Position numbers and translations under genes: made by a program. The notes below the pieces were generated by a model that was not told where the DNA came from, searched no databases, and worked only from the letters and a program-made list of their open reading frames with translations. 64,000 nucleotides of DNA, taken from Trichoplax sp. H2. Taxonomy: Eukaryota. The stretch covers positions 310,001 to 374,000 of the forward strand of contig NOWV01000017.1 of the NCBI GenBank assembly GCA_003344405.1, written 5' to 3'. Positions within the stretch are counted from its first letter, which is position 1. Each line of letters begins with the position of its first letter. Shown here in pieces: positions 1 through 13,756 of this stretch.

Positions 1-308
1 ACCATTAATTAATTTTACTGTACAGTTTATGTTATTTAAATATATCAAACGCTATCACTTTTAGTTGTGCAGTAGACTAATAATTTATTTTATTACTCAA
101 TATCATATCATCGAGGACATCTGAAATATAAAATTAATTATTTATTAAACTAAATCATTTCTTATACATCCCCATGTCAACATATAAATTCATGCCCAAT
201 GAATTACTTATTTAATAATAAATTTACCATAACTTTGCACATCCACTTCAGCTAGACTATTCGCTATAGTATAATAAATCAGTTAATGCAACTGCTTCAT
301 TCTGATAG

Positions 309-3300
309 CTTGTCAAGCGTCAAGGCTACGTTGTACATTGGACAAAATTGGAAGAAGTACATAAAAAGAAATTCGAGAGTGATGTAACATACGTTTTAGA
401 TCCTTTTTCTGGTCAATATTTTGAGCACTTGAAGCAAATTGGAGCCAGGTTAGCTTACTTGTTTGAGTATTATTTTTAAAACTGGTAAAATTAACTTTAA
501 AATAAATCATATTCTTATTTATAAGAGAAGATTCTGCTATGTCCATATCCACAACTACTAATTTTCTAATAATTTACACTAAAATTGTATCTATTGTTAA
601 AATTTTTTTCACGTGTTTAGAATTGTTGGCCCACAATGTCTGGAACACAGCATTACGAAAAAAGAGGTAAATTAGTTGTATTGGCAATACTATAGATGTT
701 GTTTAAAAAACGAACGACAACTAACGTTATTGATATTCAACTAAACTAGTCAATCAGTCTAATTCTAATAGTAAAATAATAGGTTCGTTGATTTTCTCCT
801 ATTTTCATCCTTAGCCACTGCTAGATTCTCCGTATCCTGTTTTCAATTTTGTTATGAAAGATCTAGTAATATGTTGTACCAACTTATCAAAGGATGACCG
901 GGTGAGCTATTGTATATAAGTCCATATACTACGCAATATCGCATAGAATTTTAAAAATAACCAAATACCTTTGTAGCAGAGATTGTAAATATCGTGAGCC
1001 ATCGATTGAAAACTGTTCTACAATATACGTAACTGTTGTTGCATTCCATAAATTTAGGATGAACTACATTCTCTTATTAAAATGATGGGTGGTAAAGTTA
1101 ATCCTCACTTAACAACAGATGTAAGTCTCATATACTAACAAAACTGCAAGTAGAACTCTTGCAAATATTTATTCTACGCTAGCTAATCATGCTGTGTTAT
1201 ATAAGAAGCGATGCATAATGAAACATAATTACACGTTCACCCAATATTGAATTTGCTAGGTAACACATCTAGTTGCTGGCGAGGTTGGATCAAAAAAATA
1301 TCAGGTTCCGACTTAATTGCGGTTACTATAGTGTTGTAATATTCTTTCGATTCCCATTCCTGACGAGTTATAATTATGTTATCACATACACTAGGTTGCA
1401 TTATCAATAGGCAAATCAATCGTTTCTCCAACATGGGTAACAGAAAGCTGGAAATTATCACAAGATCGGTAATTGAGCAATTAGTTGCGTGCAATCGACA
1501 TAACATATATTACACTGAAATTTTTTATTTGTCCACTCTATTACATCAGGCCAATAATACCAACAGATGAGAATTTTATGGTATAATTTTTTGTGATCAC
1601 TTAATAAATGTCATTTTCGATTTAATTCAACTATGTACTGTAAGACATTACCTAACTAAAATGATTGCAATTATTTCAGAACAAACATCTGTGTCCGATA
1701 TTTTCTGGATGTACAATCTGTGTAACTGGATTAGATAAAGAGGAAAGAGGAAATATTGATAAACTAATTACTGTAAATGGTACGATATTGTTAGATTCGA
1801 CGATAATAAGACATTATTAAAGATATTATTTTTCACGAAGCAATGCAAGGATATCTATCATATTCTAGAAAAACAATTGAGTTTCTAAACATGTAATATT
1901 TCATTCTTGATGATGTATTACTTTAGGCGGCAGTTATTCGCCGGAATTAGATCAGAGGTGCACACATCTATTGGTTAACGTACCGAAAGGTTGGTAATGA
2001 TAATCAATAACGATTACAGTATATAAAGTTAGTTTGCTAATATAATTACTCTTCCAACTTTAATAACTTTATCTATGTAAATAGGGGATAAATATGAATA
2101 TGCTTTACAATGGAATATTCATTGTGTATTAACTAAGGTATTTTAGCTGTAAAATTTCTTCGTATTAAAATCCTGCAATGAGAGTTATCTATTTGTGTTG
2201 TCCAATACGTTAATGTATAGCTACTGTTTGTAACAACTCTTAATTTTACGTTTTAGTGGTTCTATGACAGCTTGAAAGCTAAAGGTGCACTGAGTGAAAA
2301 TAAATATATTTGTGTTAATAAAAGCTCGAAAAGTAACGAACATGCAAAAAGTAAGTAGTTTAGAAGATTTAACCATGCGTAAGGCTGTTTAGTGTTTTAT
2401 ACTGTATTAAAATTAAGACATACGCATACGCTTGATTTTATAGGCCGAGAAGTTGCGCATTCATCTACAAATCGGCAATCACAGATAAGAAGTCTAGAGG
2501 AAATTAAGAAGAGCGAATCTAGAGAAACAAAGTTGGATATTACCATCCCCGAACACAGCTCATTCTTTCTTGATGGATGCAAGGTTTAATCTATTATATT
2601 AACATGCATTTATAACAGATCTTACGAACCTGCTTATATCTCTTTACGCTTAGATCTTATTAAGCGGTTTTAATGAAATTCAGCAAAGTCAACTACAAAG
2701 TGTGATTAATTCTGGTGGAGGCACAAGGTAATGCCATTTCTTGTTATGGGTAACTACAGTGTACATGCTTAAGTTGCCCTTGAAATTCTAAAATGAATAA
2801 AAAATGAACAAGTTATACAGATACAGTTTTAGGATCGTAACTTATTATTTCAATTGTATACAACTACGGCTACCAGATTTAATACTTTGGAAGATTCAGT
2901 TACTCACGTCGTAATATCGGAAGATAGCTTATGGAATCCTACTGATTTAAAAGCCTTAAAATCTCAGTAAGGCAATATATGCATGTACGCATAATTACTA
3001 TCAATATCTGGTATTATATATAAAATGAGGATACTTAATTTTTGCGAATAGACCGTTTGTTGTCTCTGTACGCTGGTTAATAGACTCATCTAAAAATGGG
3101 ATAAAGCTTCCGGAAGATGATTATCTAGTGAATGCAAAAGCGTGAGTATAGACTACAGTAATTGCTATAAAAGCGGTACTAGCGGAGTTTAAATTTTTTA
3201 CATCTCGTGTAGTACTGTACGTTGGGTTTACTTATCATCAATAATTTTCATCATGTAGAGAAAGAAACAGTAGCACTTCCTTGCAACCCTCCCGTAAGAG

Positions 3301-6300
3301 GAAAAATGTAGGCCTTAGTCTTGCCGAATCAGACTATGGAGATGTGGCTGAAATTATCAATCAATATGTACCTGTTGATGGTAAAGATTACTTTTATAAG
3401 ATAATGCTTCTCGAGTACATTAGCAAGAATTATCTTCCATTAAGCTCATTAACTTTTGAGTAGATTCTAAGAAAGCTCCAAGCGAATTATTTTGTGGAAA
3501 GAAACTTTATATTTGTGGATTCACAGAAGCTCACATCACCCAGTTACAGCTAATAATAGAAACCAATGGAGGTAAATAAGTTTTGTTAATTGTGAGGTAT
3601 TTAATTTTATACTATCGATATCAGTTTGAGGTTATCAATGCCACGTTTAAGGAGTGTCTTAAATCCTGAAGTAAAATTTACTTTGTAAATAAAAAATATG
3701 CGTAATTAAATTTTTAGGCCAAGTATTGACAAATTCTTTACAAGCCGATATGATAATCACTCCTCCATGTATATATGAATCTGAGGATGAAAATTCATCA
3801 TTAAGGAATTTACCCTGTGTAACTACTTATTATCTCGTACGTTTTGTAATCTTTGCTTAACAATAATACTAAAGTGCCTTGTAACGGAAATTAATCTCAG
3901 AATTTTAATTACGGTTAGGAGGATTGTCTTGAAGTGAAACAACTAAAAGATATTAGTGAGTCTGTTTTTTACAAGCCCTTTTATTTACCGGCTGGAGTCA
4001 ACCCACTAAAGGATTGTGTCCTATCTATTAGGTATGTAATCGTAGCTTCTAAAATTTTACTTATCTGACTAATAACTGGTATTTGATGAACCTATTTAGT
4101 CAATTTTCCGGATCTTTAAGAAATTATTTAATTGAATTGATACGATTCGTAGGAGGAAGGTAATGAAGTCTTTGTACAGTAGTTTCAAACATTATAAGAA
4201 ATTCAAGCTTGTTTTGAAGACTTAATGGAAATTGATTCTATATTAAATAGATTTCAGGAGCAGCTAGTAAGGTTGCCGCAAGGTAAACTTTATCCAAGTA
4301 CGCATTTACTGCTAATTAAACCATCAGGTTCGAAATATGGCGCCGCAAAGAAGTGGAAAATACCAACTGTCTCTGAGAAGTATGTATACTTAGAAATTTT
4401 TACTAACTGACTATGCTTTTGTAACAAAGTCATTTGATTTTTTAGGTGGTTGATAGCATCTTGCGAGGCAGCAGAGAGAGCCGTCGAAAATCAGTACATA
4501 GTCGACGAATTTGTATCCTCTGTAAAATCTACAGAAAATACCACAACCATGGATACTGTACAGCCGGTTCCTGATACAACCGAAAGATTAAAGCCAGTTG
4601 AAACTTCCGTGCCAGATGCAGTACGTTCGGTAAGATGTGTACAACATTGATACTTATATAGCGCTGCTTACGATTGCCGAGGTCCGCCTATACTGTACTC
4701 GTACTATAAGGACTATCGGCTTAAAGCGTTGTGGGCATAGGTATCCAAATCGTCTTAAATTTTTCAATTTATTTTTACAAGTTGAACTTAGTGTGATTGT
4801 GTTTCATATCCGATTTTTAGTTAGTAATTGATCCAGTAGAAGATAATTGCGAAGAGCCAACGATAGCGAACTCTGATAACAAAAAGGAGTTAACGGATGA
4901 CGATAAAGAAAATGGAAACCCCGTAGAAGTTTTTGAAAGTGAAGTAAGTCAGTTGGAATATACGATGCAATAATATTCAGCTCAAGTTATATTTGCTTTA
5001 TTCACAGTCGACAGTTCTGAAAGGTGTAACAATTTCTGCAAGTAAAAAACTAAGCTCAAGTCATCGTAAGTTCTGTGCTTTTATTCGGGAAACTCGACGA
5101 TTAACGTCTAATCGTGCTATATTATAACTCATTCAAGGTCAATTTGAAAGAGAAGCTTCACAACTAGGAGCCGACTGGCGTTGGACCTTTGAGGATTGCT
5201 GTACTCATTTTATCTATCAGGTAGCGATGTGACGCTAACTCGCGTCCAAATAGATAATGATAAATGTATCACACCATTACCAAATTTGTTTGAAAAAGTA
5301 CGCAGTACTGTATGTAATTAGTAGTTCAATTGATTGATACTGTGTTATATATGCATTGAGCACAGCCGTTGCACGCCTAAAATTAAGTGCTAATCAACTC
5401 TGTATCAAATGTAATAATGATAGGGAAAAGCGACCGAAAATAACAGAGAGTTGAAGGCAGCAAAGAAAGCAAAGGCTATTTTAGTATCACCTTCTTGGTT
5501 AAAAGCAGTAAATTTCGACAATCAGATTATAATATTATGACTTGTATTTATTACAAAATTAATTCTTACACATTTGAAGTCGTTAACAATGTTAAAATGT
5601 TCATTTTAAATTTTTTAGTGTTTAACAGAAAAACGCCGACTAGAAGAATCTAGTTATCCAATAACTTACAATCCTAAATTAAATTTGGTAAACAATATCA
5701 AATTTTTATTGCCCAATAGCGTTTCGTTCACAGAATATACAAAAATGATTCTACACGTAACCCAGAAATGTATTTATTGACTAGTTTTTAATACACTATT
5801 ATTTAACAATGACAGATTCGTATTTTGTTTCTGTAGTATATAATTGAAAACTAACCTAACTGCCTTATTAACTGTATATTATTATGACTATTGTATATAT
5901 ATATCATAATTATAATTTATATTGACTAGCTTTGATAGCAGTTTAACATTTGAAATTCATTTCTATGGTATATAATCGAAACTAATACCAATTTTTTTTA
6001 TTATTATTGTAAGTCCGTGTTATCCAGGACTGAGAAAGAACTAAAGGTATACTGAAACTATAAATTATCTAGTTTTATAATATATCATCGATTTGCAACA
6101 ATCTTCATCTCCTAATAAGGATGAGCCGGTCAGGAAAAGGCGAAGAACAAGGCGTAGCCTAAATCCGGAAAGTAATCAAGTTGAAAAAATTTTGGATGAT
6201 TCGGGTTTAGACCCAGAAATAGACAAAAATGACAATACCGGATTCGATAATTCAGGTAATAGATACCGGACCAAAATTTCTATCAATTGTAGTATTCAAC

Positions 6301-9300
6301 CTATAAAATAGATAGCAAAAAGTTAATAATCTATATATTTAATATCTGATTACTAGTAGGTCATATAAGTGAAATCGAAAATGAAGATAACAGGGTAAGA
6401 TATACATAGAGTACACAATTAAGATCTCATATCAATGCTACTACTAACCTGCTGCTGTAATTATCAGGAAGGAACGCTAGAATCACGTGAAGATTTTAAA
6501 AGACATGTAGACGAACTGATTGAAGTAACTAGGTAACGTATCCGGGATTTCTACTATTAACTTTAGGGATCCATAAATCTTTACTGTTAATCTTTCCCCA
6601 GGGTAACAAGAAGTAGTCGCAAGAAAAGTCGGAAATCTCTCTCCTGTAAGATATAACTGGATATTTTTTCTACCGTAGTGTTGAAAATTCGAGGCTACCT
6701 TCCCTTAGTACTTTTCCACGATTTGAATATGGTAACATTCTCTGTAACTATTCGTACGCATACGCTGCTTCTTCTCTAGGTACTCCGGATTCAAAGGATA
6801 TTCCTACTAGTGGAGAGGTACACACTTCTTGCTTTGTAAATTATACTCTTAAAAAGGCTGACTTACTTGACCCATTGAATAGTCAGGATGAATTGATAGT
6901 AATATTGTAGTACCGTGCTTGTTTTCCATAGGCAAGCAAAACTAATCAAACGACACATCGCATAACCAGAAAAATGGCGCAAAATTTGGCCAACAAGATT
7001 ACAGCAGGTAATTTAGTACATATAAGCGATACTACGGTATATTAGCCAAGGTGTAACTTTTTCTGTATCATAGTAAGATATTATTCAACGATAATTGTTA
7101 CTTGTATTCACTTGTCGACGCTACTATTAAGGTGAACCAGCGTCCGCATCCCTCGAATCTACTTCTGATTATTCTCAAACGGAGGCAATTACATATGATG
7201 ACCCTGCTGGAAGGTAAGAAATCTCTTCTCTTTGCGCTATTGTCCATTAGCTATATAGTGCCACTTACCAATACTCTTTTGAATGTAGTCAGCTTTATTT
7301 CATGTAATTCATAATTACTCAGTGTAGAAAAGGTATTGTGTCATTCTTGTCATTAGACATATTCTTAAACATATTGTCATCCTGTTTGTATTTGAATGAT
7401 GAAACTCAAAAAAAAACACAAAAAAATAACTTTCTAAGGCAGGAGCGGGAAAGGATAAAAGCGCGGCTAAGACGAAATCGCAGTGGTGAGAAAACAGATT
7501 CTGAACGTGATGACCTAAACGAAACTTGTGATAGCAAGGACAGGTACTCCTAACAATAAGGAATTGCAATTTTGGCGCAACAACAGTACTGTTGTGCTGG
7601 TTATGTGGCAAATATCAAATTCTAAACAACATACCGTAGGACTACTGCACTTACTTACTATAAAATCAGAAACACTACATTACAATACACTAACGTAATT
7701 ATGAAAAAAAATAAATACCTATTCTTTATCATACCCATGTCATTTAGTAGTTTAGAACGTAGAGACTTGTCAAGTTTGTGGAGTGGACCGAATAGCTTAT
7801 AGAATAAAGTTTATTATGTATTGCACTGTAGTCGTGTTGGAAGTGGGCTATGCGTCAAATGTTAGTACGACAATGGTTGATGCTAAAACGATCTTGAATT
7901 TTGATGCTTATTTTATCATTATTCATATGTATTCATATCTAGAGTAAAGATTAATACCGGACGGCAATCTCCTGCATCATTTGGTGTCCATTTATCCAGT
8001 ACGTGGTGTATGATCATTGATGAAAACGTTTTTAAAATATCGAATTCTACTGCTTGCTGAGATGCTTTGATAGTCTGTCTATCTATAACTGAAGAAACAG
8101 TTTCTTGTATTTGCTAAGAATGATAACGAACAATATCTTACTTTGACATCACTTTAGACACGAATTTAAAAGTACTCTCAATGGGTGTTGATGAAGCTGA
8201 AGGAATTTGTAGCCCTGTAAATACTCAATATAAACGGTTTTCGTCTAACAACTAAGCTGATTTACCAATAATAATACATAAATAGAGCAAGATATTTGTA
8301 ATAATAAGTATTTGTAGTAAATGATGATAAATGAACATTACTGAGATAAATGATCCTTTACTCTTCCTATGTAGTCGCCTGCCAAGGTACAATATCGATT
8401 TCTTCTATCTGCGATGAAACCACAAGTACGTCTGCATATACATATATAACACTGCATATACGAATACACGTATGATACATATACATATGTTGATTCATTA
8501 ACCGATACAATAAGTACTTGATAAAAAATTTTCTTACGACTGTCTTGAAGTTGTTCTAACCAAGCATATCTTAAAATGTATCTGATCGTTGATTGTATTT
8601 TTAAAATACGCGCATGTTTGCTGCCTTTTAGGAAAAGATAAATTACGCGGGCATTGTCGAAAATCTTGAAGGTGTATTCTATGATACGCAATACTTCACT
8701 CAAGCTTGCACACATGTAGTCGTCGGTGAGAACTTTCACTAATAGAATTTCTATCAATATGTTCTAAGTAGTCCTACCATTGACTTTTTTAAACAGCTTC
8801 AATTTTCTATCCTTTGAGTACACGCTGTGTAACTTCTCCTAGTCTCAAATATACCTATTCTAAATTTTTAAGCCTTGAGCATAATTGTATTCTAAATGTT
8901 CTATAGTCTTGAGTCTATGTATTTTAGATTTCTTAATCTTCTAGTATAATTATTCACACTTTCAAATTTTCTATCTTGGGGCGCACACGTTCTACATTTC
9001 TTCAAGTCTTCAATATAGGTTCTAAACTTCTTAGATTTCTGTACAGGGAGGTATTCAAAATTTCCTAGTCTTTTTGAGTTTACGTATTCTAAATTTTTCT
9101 AGTCTTGAGTAAACGCATTCTAAATTTGCTTCTGAGTATAGATATTCTAGATTTCTTAGCCTTGAGTATACACGCTTTAAACTTTCTAATCTTCTGGGTA
9201 AACCGTAGAAACGTATTCTAAATTTCTTAGCTTTGAGTACATGTACTCTAAAGTTCCCTACTCTTTGTTTTGTTATACATGTATCCTAAATTTTTCTATC

Positions 9301-11026
9301 TTGTACGTTCGTATATATATATACATATACATTTTAAAATTTCTTAGTCTTCAGTATAGGCATTCTAAAGGTCTTAGATTTCAGAACAGCAGCTAAAAAT
9401 TTTCTAGTTTCCTCTGAGTTTACGCGCTCGATAATTAATTCCTAGTCTTGAATATTCTTACGTATCCTAAATTTCATAGTCTTTTTACGGTCTCTCTAAA
9501 TTTTTAGTCTTCTGGCTATACATGTCCTAATTTTTCTAGCCTTGAGCATACGAATTCTAAATCTATGTTACAGGAACAAACTTGCTCGATTATTTGTTGA
9601 TGGTATCGTAATGAATTTGCATCTATGTCCATTCTTTTGTCTGCAATTAATAAATAATTATCGCACTAGGTGATATCAATAGAAATGAAAAATGCCTGGC
9701 TGCTATGGCATCAGGAAAATGGTTGCTTCGTAAATCGTTCTTAGACGAAAGTCAATTGGCTGGAAGATTTGTTTCGGTAATTATAATTACTTTTACAGAG
9801 ATAGCAGAGTAAAAAACTGGATCTGTGCACTTGGTTGCTGTAACTAGAAGTCGATTGATTGCATAATACAGACGGATGACGAAAGATGATGTAACTTACT
9901 ACAGCGTGTCGATTCAGTTAATGTTTTTTTTACGGCGCAGGAAGAAGAACACGAATGGGGCTCTGATCATGCTAATAATTCTTCGTTATCTAAATTGTCG
10001 ATCGCAGCTCGAAGATGGCGAAAAAAAGTTCAAGAGGAAAATCGCAACAGAAAATTACAGGTAAAACAATAACTAACATTACTTGATGCACTGCTACAGA
10101 CAGTTACTATTCTAAACTATAATAAATCTATAACCAAGAAAAAGTATACTTACTCATCTTTGAACGATCGATATGATAACTTTGCTCTTATATATTAGTC
10201 AGCGTTTTTACTGCTTGAGTAAAGTTGTTAGTCAGAAGAAGCAAGTAGTTTTCAAGTATAGATTAATTCAAAAATGTGATGCTTTATTTAGGGTATTATC
10301 GGTGATCCATATGGTGCTTTTAAAGGTTGGAAAGTCCTACTATCGGTTGACGTTACAAGACAATCTGGATTTAAACGCTTACTTGAAGCTGGTTGCGCAA
10401 CGGTAATGAAACTTAAACCTCCATTTCCTAATATTGAAGGTGTGACTCATGCCTTTATCGATACAAACAGAACAAAACCCGGTTCGGTATGCATATAAAT
10501 TACAGATATTTCAATTTACACAAGCTAGTGTTAAATTCATGAATTTAATAAAATACGATTGTAGTACAGATACTTGTCAACCAGTCAACTTGTGATCCAA
10601 TGTTTGCGGTTGTAGTAGTAATATTAAGACACAGCTATCGTGACTTCAGTTAAATGTGATTTCTTGTTTGTAACACGTAGATCGATCTGCAACAGCTTAT
10701 TAATGCAAATATTGTCTGCCTTAAACCCGATTACATTGCAGAATATCTAACCCATGTAAGTTTCTTTATGGTACATCTTCAATCGGTGTATTCCTGGCAT
10801 TTAGACCATGCCACTTGTACATACGGTAGTAGAAGAAAATAGATACAAAGCAACGACTAGTAAACTAAACATCTTTAAATTTGGTTTCCATCCTACTGCA
10901 TTTTTGTTATCTTCAAAGGTAATGTATACTGAACATTGATGATCTTCTATTTATGTTATTAAGGATCCACCGCCCAATCCCGATTCTTTCATACTCTCAG
11001 AAGTTCAAAATTTGATGAAATCCTAG
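309..11026 (+). CDS. TOPBP1: DNA topoisomerase 2-binding protein 1 (multi-BRCT checkpoint/replication scaffold), multi-exon; start lies upstream of the window
   Basis: Spliced exons give, in TOPBP1 order: YVLDPFSGQYFEHLKQIGAR/IVGP (309-448, ~621-667; BRCT0); VTHLVAGEVGSKKY (BRCT1); CPIFSGCTICVTGL (BRCT2); FLDGCK/IYLSGF..VINSGGGTR/FNTLEDSVTHVV (BRCT3); STHLLLIKPSGSKYGAAKKWKIPTV (BRCT5); CTHFIYQ/GK (BRCT6); SQTEAITYDDP (ATR-activation domain); CTHVVVG/DINRNEK (BRCT7). Last exon DPPPNPDSF...MKS, TAG at 11024-11026, with AATAAA shortly after. Confidence 0.95.
8755..9560. repeat. Degenerate ~30-bp minisatellite filling a TOPBP1 intron (intron ~8727-9669)
   Basis: Roughly 20 or more diverged copies of approximately TATTCTAAATTTCCTAGTCTTGAGTATACACG, e.g. 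at 8888, 9086, 9116 and 9216. Confidence 0.85.
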
Positions 11027-11689
11027 TAAACTTATTGATAATGATGTCTTCAATAAATAAATGTTCTATTATCTTCTATATCAAGATGACGTTTAAATTT
11101 GGATGACTCCATGATTTTCTATCTAAAAATTTAACGTACTACTGTAATATTGAATATTGTCTTACTGCAGGATACAATACAGAACAACGTATTCTATAAC
11201 CTACTGTGTATAGGCATTTTGTAGTACGACCATACTTATTAAGGTTTAATTAAAACATATAAATAAACATTTAATTAAATTGTACTGAACAGTGTACTTG
11301 TTTTTTCTGCTACAATAATTTTATGTGGTACATACCATAGGCGTCGGTGTTCGGTGCCAAAACATCTCTCTAATCCGATACAGTTCGCATTGTACAGTAC
11401 ATGGTACATTTTAGCTAGTGCTGATAGCAATCTAGCTTGACATCTTGGTATAGTAGTTGGCACATACTTTGTAGGGCCGTTTATCATGTTCAATCTGTGC
11501 GTAGAAATGTTATAGTATACTACGCTACTATCCAAAAAGGTAAGCTACATACCACTTCGTAAAACAGCTGCAACGGCAACAATTTTCATGATCAACTGTA
11601 ACAGATAGTTGTATTGTATGGCGAATTTTGCATGATTTTTAAGTCTTGTTACGCAATAGTAGTAGTAGTAGTAGTAGATCCTAGTTATA

Positions 11690-12830
11690 GCGGAAGAAGC
11701 AAAACGAATTCTCGCAGAAAAAAGATAAAGAAATTCTATGTCCAAACTACGGAAGTCACCCTTTCGTATTAACTAGGAGGCCAAGAAAAATTAATTGAAA
11801 CTCCAACGGTAGAGCTGCATTTTCGTGATAAATAGATGGCAACTGCATATTGAGTAAGTTTCTACTTTTCAGCGATCTGAAGTGGGCATAGTTCCTAATC
11901 ATGGCGAAGGAAACAAAACGAATTGTCTCGGAAAAAAAAAAACTGAAAAATTTATCATGTCCAAACTATGCAGGTCACCCTTTTGCATTGACTAGACTAG
12001 ACGCCAAGAAAAAGTAGTAGAAAACTGCCAATGGTAGAGCCGCATTTTCATGATTAAGTAGTAGGCAATTGTACATTGAGTGAATTTCTATTTTTTCAGA
12101 GATCTGAAGCGGTCACAAATCCTAATGATAGTGAAGGAAGCAAAGGAATTTTCTCGAACAAGACAGAAAAAATTCTATGTCCAAACGAGGCAAGTCACCC
12201 TTTTGCGCTAACTAGACGCCAAGAAAAGTAGTTGAAACTGCCAAACGGTAAAGCTGCATTTTCATGATTGTTTAAACACGAGGCAACTGTGTATTGAGTG
12301 AATTTCTACTTTTCAACGCTCTGAAGTGGTTGCAGTTCCTAGTCATAACGAATAGAGAAAAAGGAATTTTCTCGAACAAGATAAAAAAATGTCCAAACTG
12401 CGTAAGTCACCCTTTTGCTGTAACTAGACGCCAAGAAAAAGTAGTTGAGAAACTGCCAATGGTAAAAGCTGCATTTTCATGATAAAACACAAGGCAACTG
12501 TGTATTGAATGAAATTCTACTTTTCAACGCTCTGAAGCGGTCGCAGTTCCTAGTCATGGTGAATGAAGAAAAGGAATTTTCTCGAACAAGACAGAAAACA
12601 TTTCCAAACTACGCAAGTCACCCTTTTGCGTTAACTAGGCACCAAGAGAAAGTAGTTGCAACTGCCAAGGGCAGAGGAGAATTTTCATGATTAAACACAA
12701 GGCAACTGTCTATCGACTTTTTTCTACTTTTCAACGATTTGAAGCGGTCACCGTTCCTAATCATAGCGAAGGAATGGAAAGGAATTTTTCTCGAAAAACA
12801 CAAAAAAAATTACGTCCAAAGTACGGAAAT
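11690..12830. repeat. Tandem array of ~212-220-bp units (5 full copies plus partials)
   Basis: The anchor (G/T)TCCAAAC..GTCACCCTTT recurs at ~11740, 11959, 12179, 12391 and 12603, with a partial copy at 12815. The rest of each unit is collinear (AACTAG..CCAAGA..GGTA.AGCTGCATTTTCATGAT..GGCAACTG..CTGAAG..TTCCTA..TCTCG). Confidence 0.93.
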
Positions 12831-13756
12831 CGATTCAATGTCACCCCCAAAATTCGCAACAACGGTATGACGAGAACGAGATTACTTGAAATCCAATAAT
12901 AAACTCGAGGTTCACATTTTCTTTCTACTTGTATGTCATAATTTGAAATTCAACGAGTGCAAACCTATGCAGTGAAGAGAAAAAAAAATACGGCCACAAG
13001 AACAACTTGACGTTCAGACAGCGCTTTGCCTTCGCGAAAAAATTGTCCGAAGAGAGTTGTTTACGCCAAGGTTTATATAGCCTTCCGGCCACAGTCCTAC
13101 TTCTTGTACTGTACACTGTAGCAGGTTTTCTTTCTTTCTTTATCCAGTACAGTACAGTACAAAATAAAAAGAATGAAACGTTATGAACGTCACTAGGCAA
13201 AAATGATACCAAAAATAGTGACCAAGTGTTACAGTGCACTGTGGAAAACAATCGTTAGTGCTAAAAATATACTGTACAGTACCCGGTACAGTACTGTACA
13301 GTCCTATGGTAATTAGTCATGACTGTTCTATATAAACTAGTAAAACTGGTATGGTACGGCGGTATCGTATCGTACCATTGTATCGAACTAAGTCTTGCGT
13401 GTCTGGCTCTACGCTGACATACATAGCGGGGTGAAGTTTCAAACGTTACGCTCTTGCTGCACGTCAGTAACTAAAATACCTTACTACGAAAACACTCATC
13501 AATAGGGTTGTAACTATAACTACTGTACTGCACCATGTAACATAATGCATCTGAGTAGCCAATCATAAACGAGCGCTAAGCTATTATTACAAAGGTTTCC
13601 CTACAACGGGTTGAGGCAATATGCTGACGTTCATAAAACGTGCTACAAATGTACACCCCAGGTGTAAGCGACGTTCGACAAACGTTTATTTCACGATTAC
13701 GTAAGTACAGTAGAATACTGTACTGTACAGTACTATACTGTACTGTACTGTACTGT

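Noticed and set aside
8338-8757. 139-aa minus-strand ORF, and similar antisense ORFs over RPL23, ATP6V0A and the SKICH gene
   Set aside because: They lie antisense or out of frame to well-supported coding exons and show no recognisable motifs.
11690-12830. CRISPR-like array or C/D snoRNA/tRNA cluster (ATGATWA..CTGA; TGGTAGAGC)
   Set aside because: Whole units are homologous, with no unique spacers, in a eukaryotic context with no cas genes. The C-box lacks the G needed to pair with the D-box, and there is no cloverleaf or B-box.
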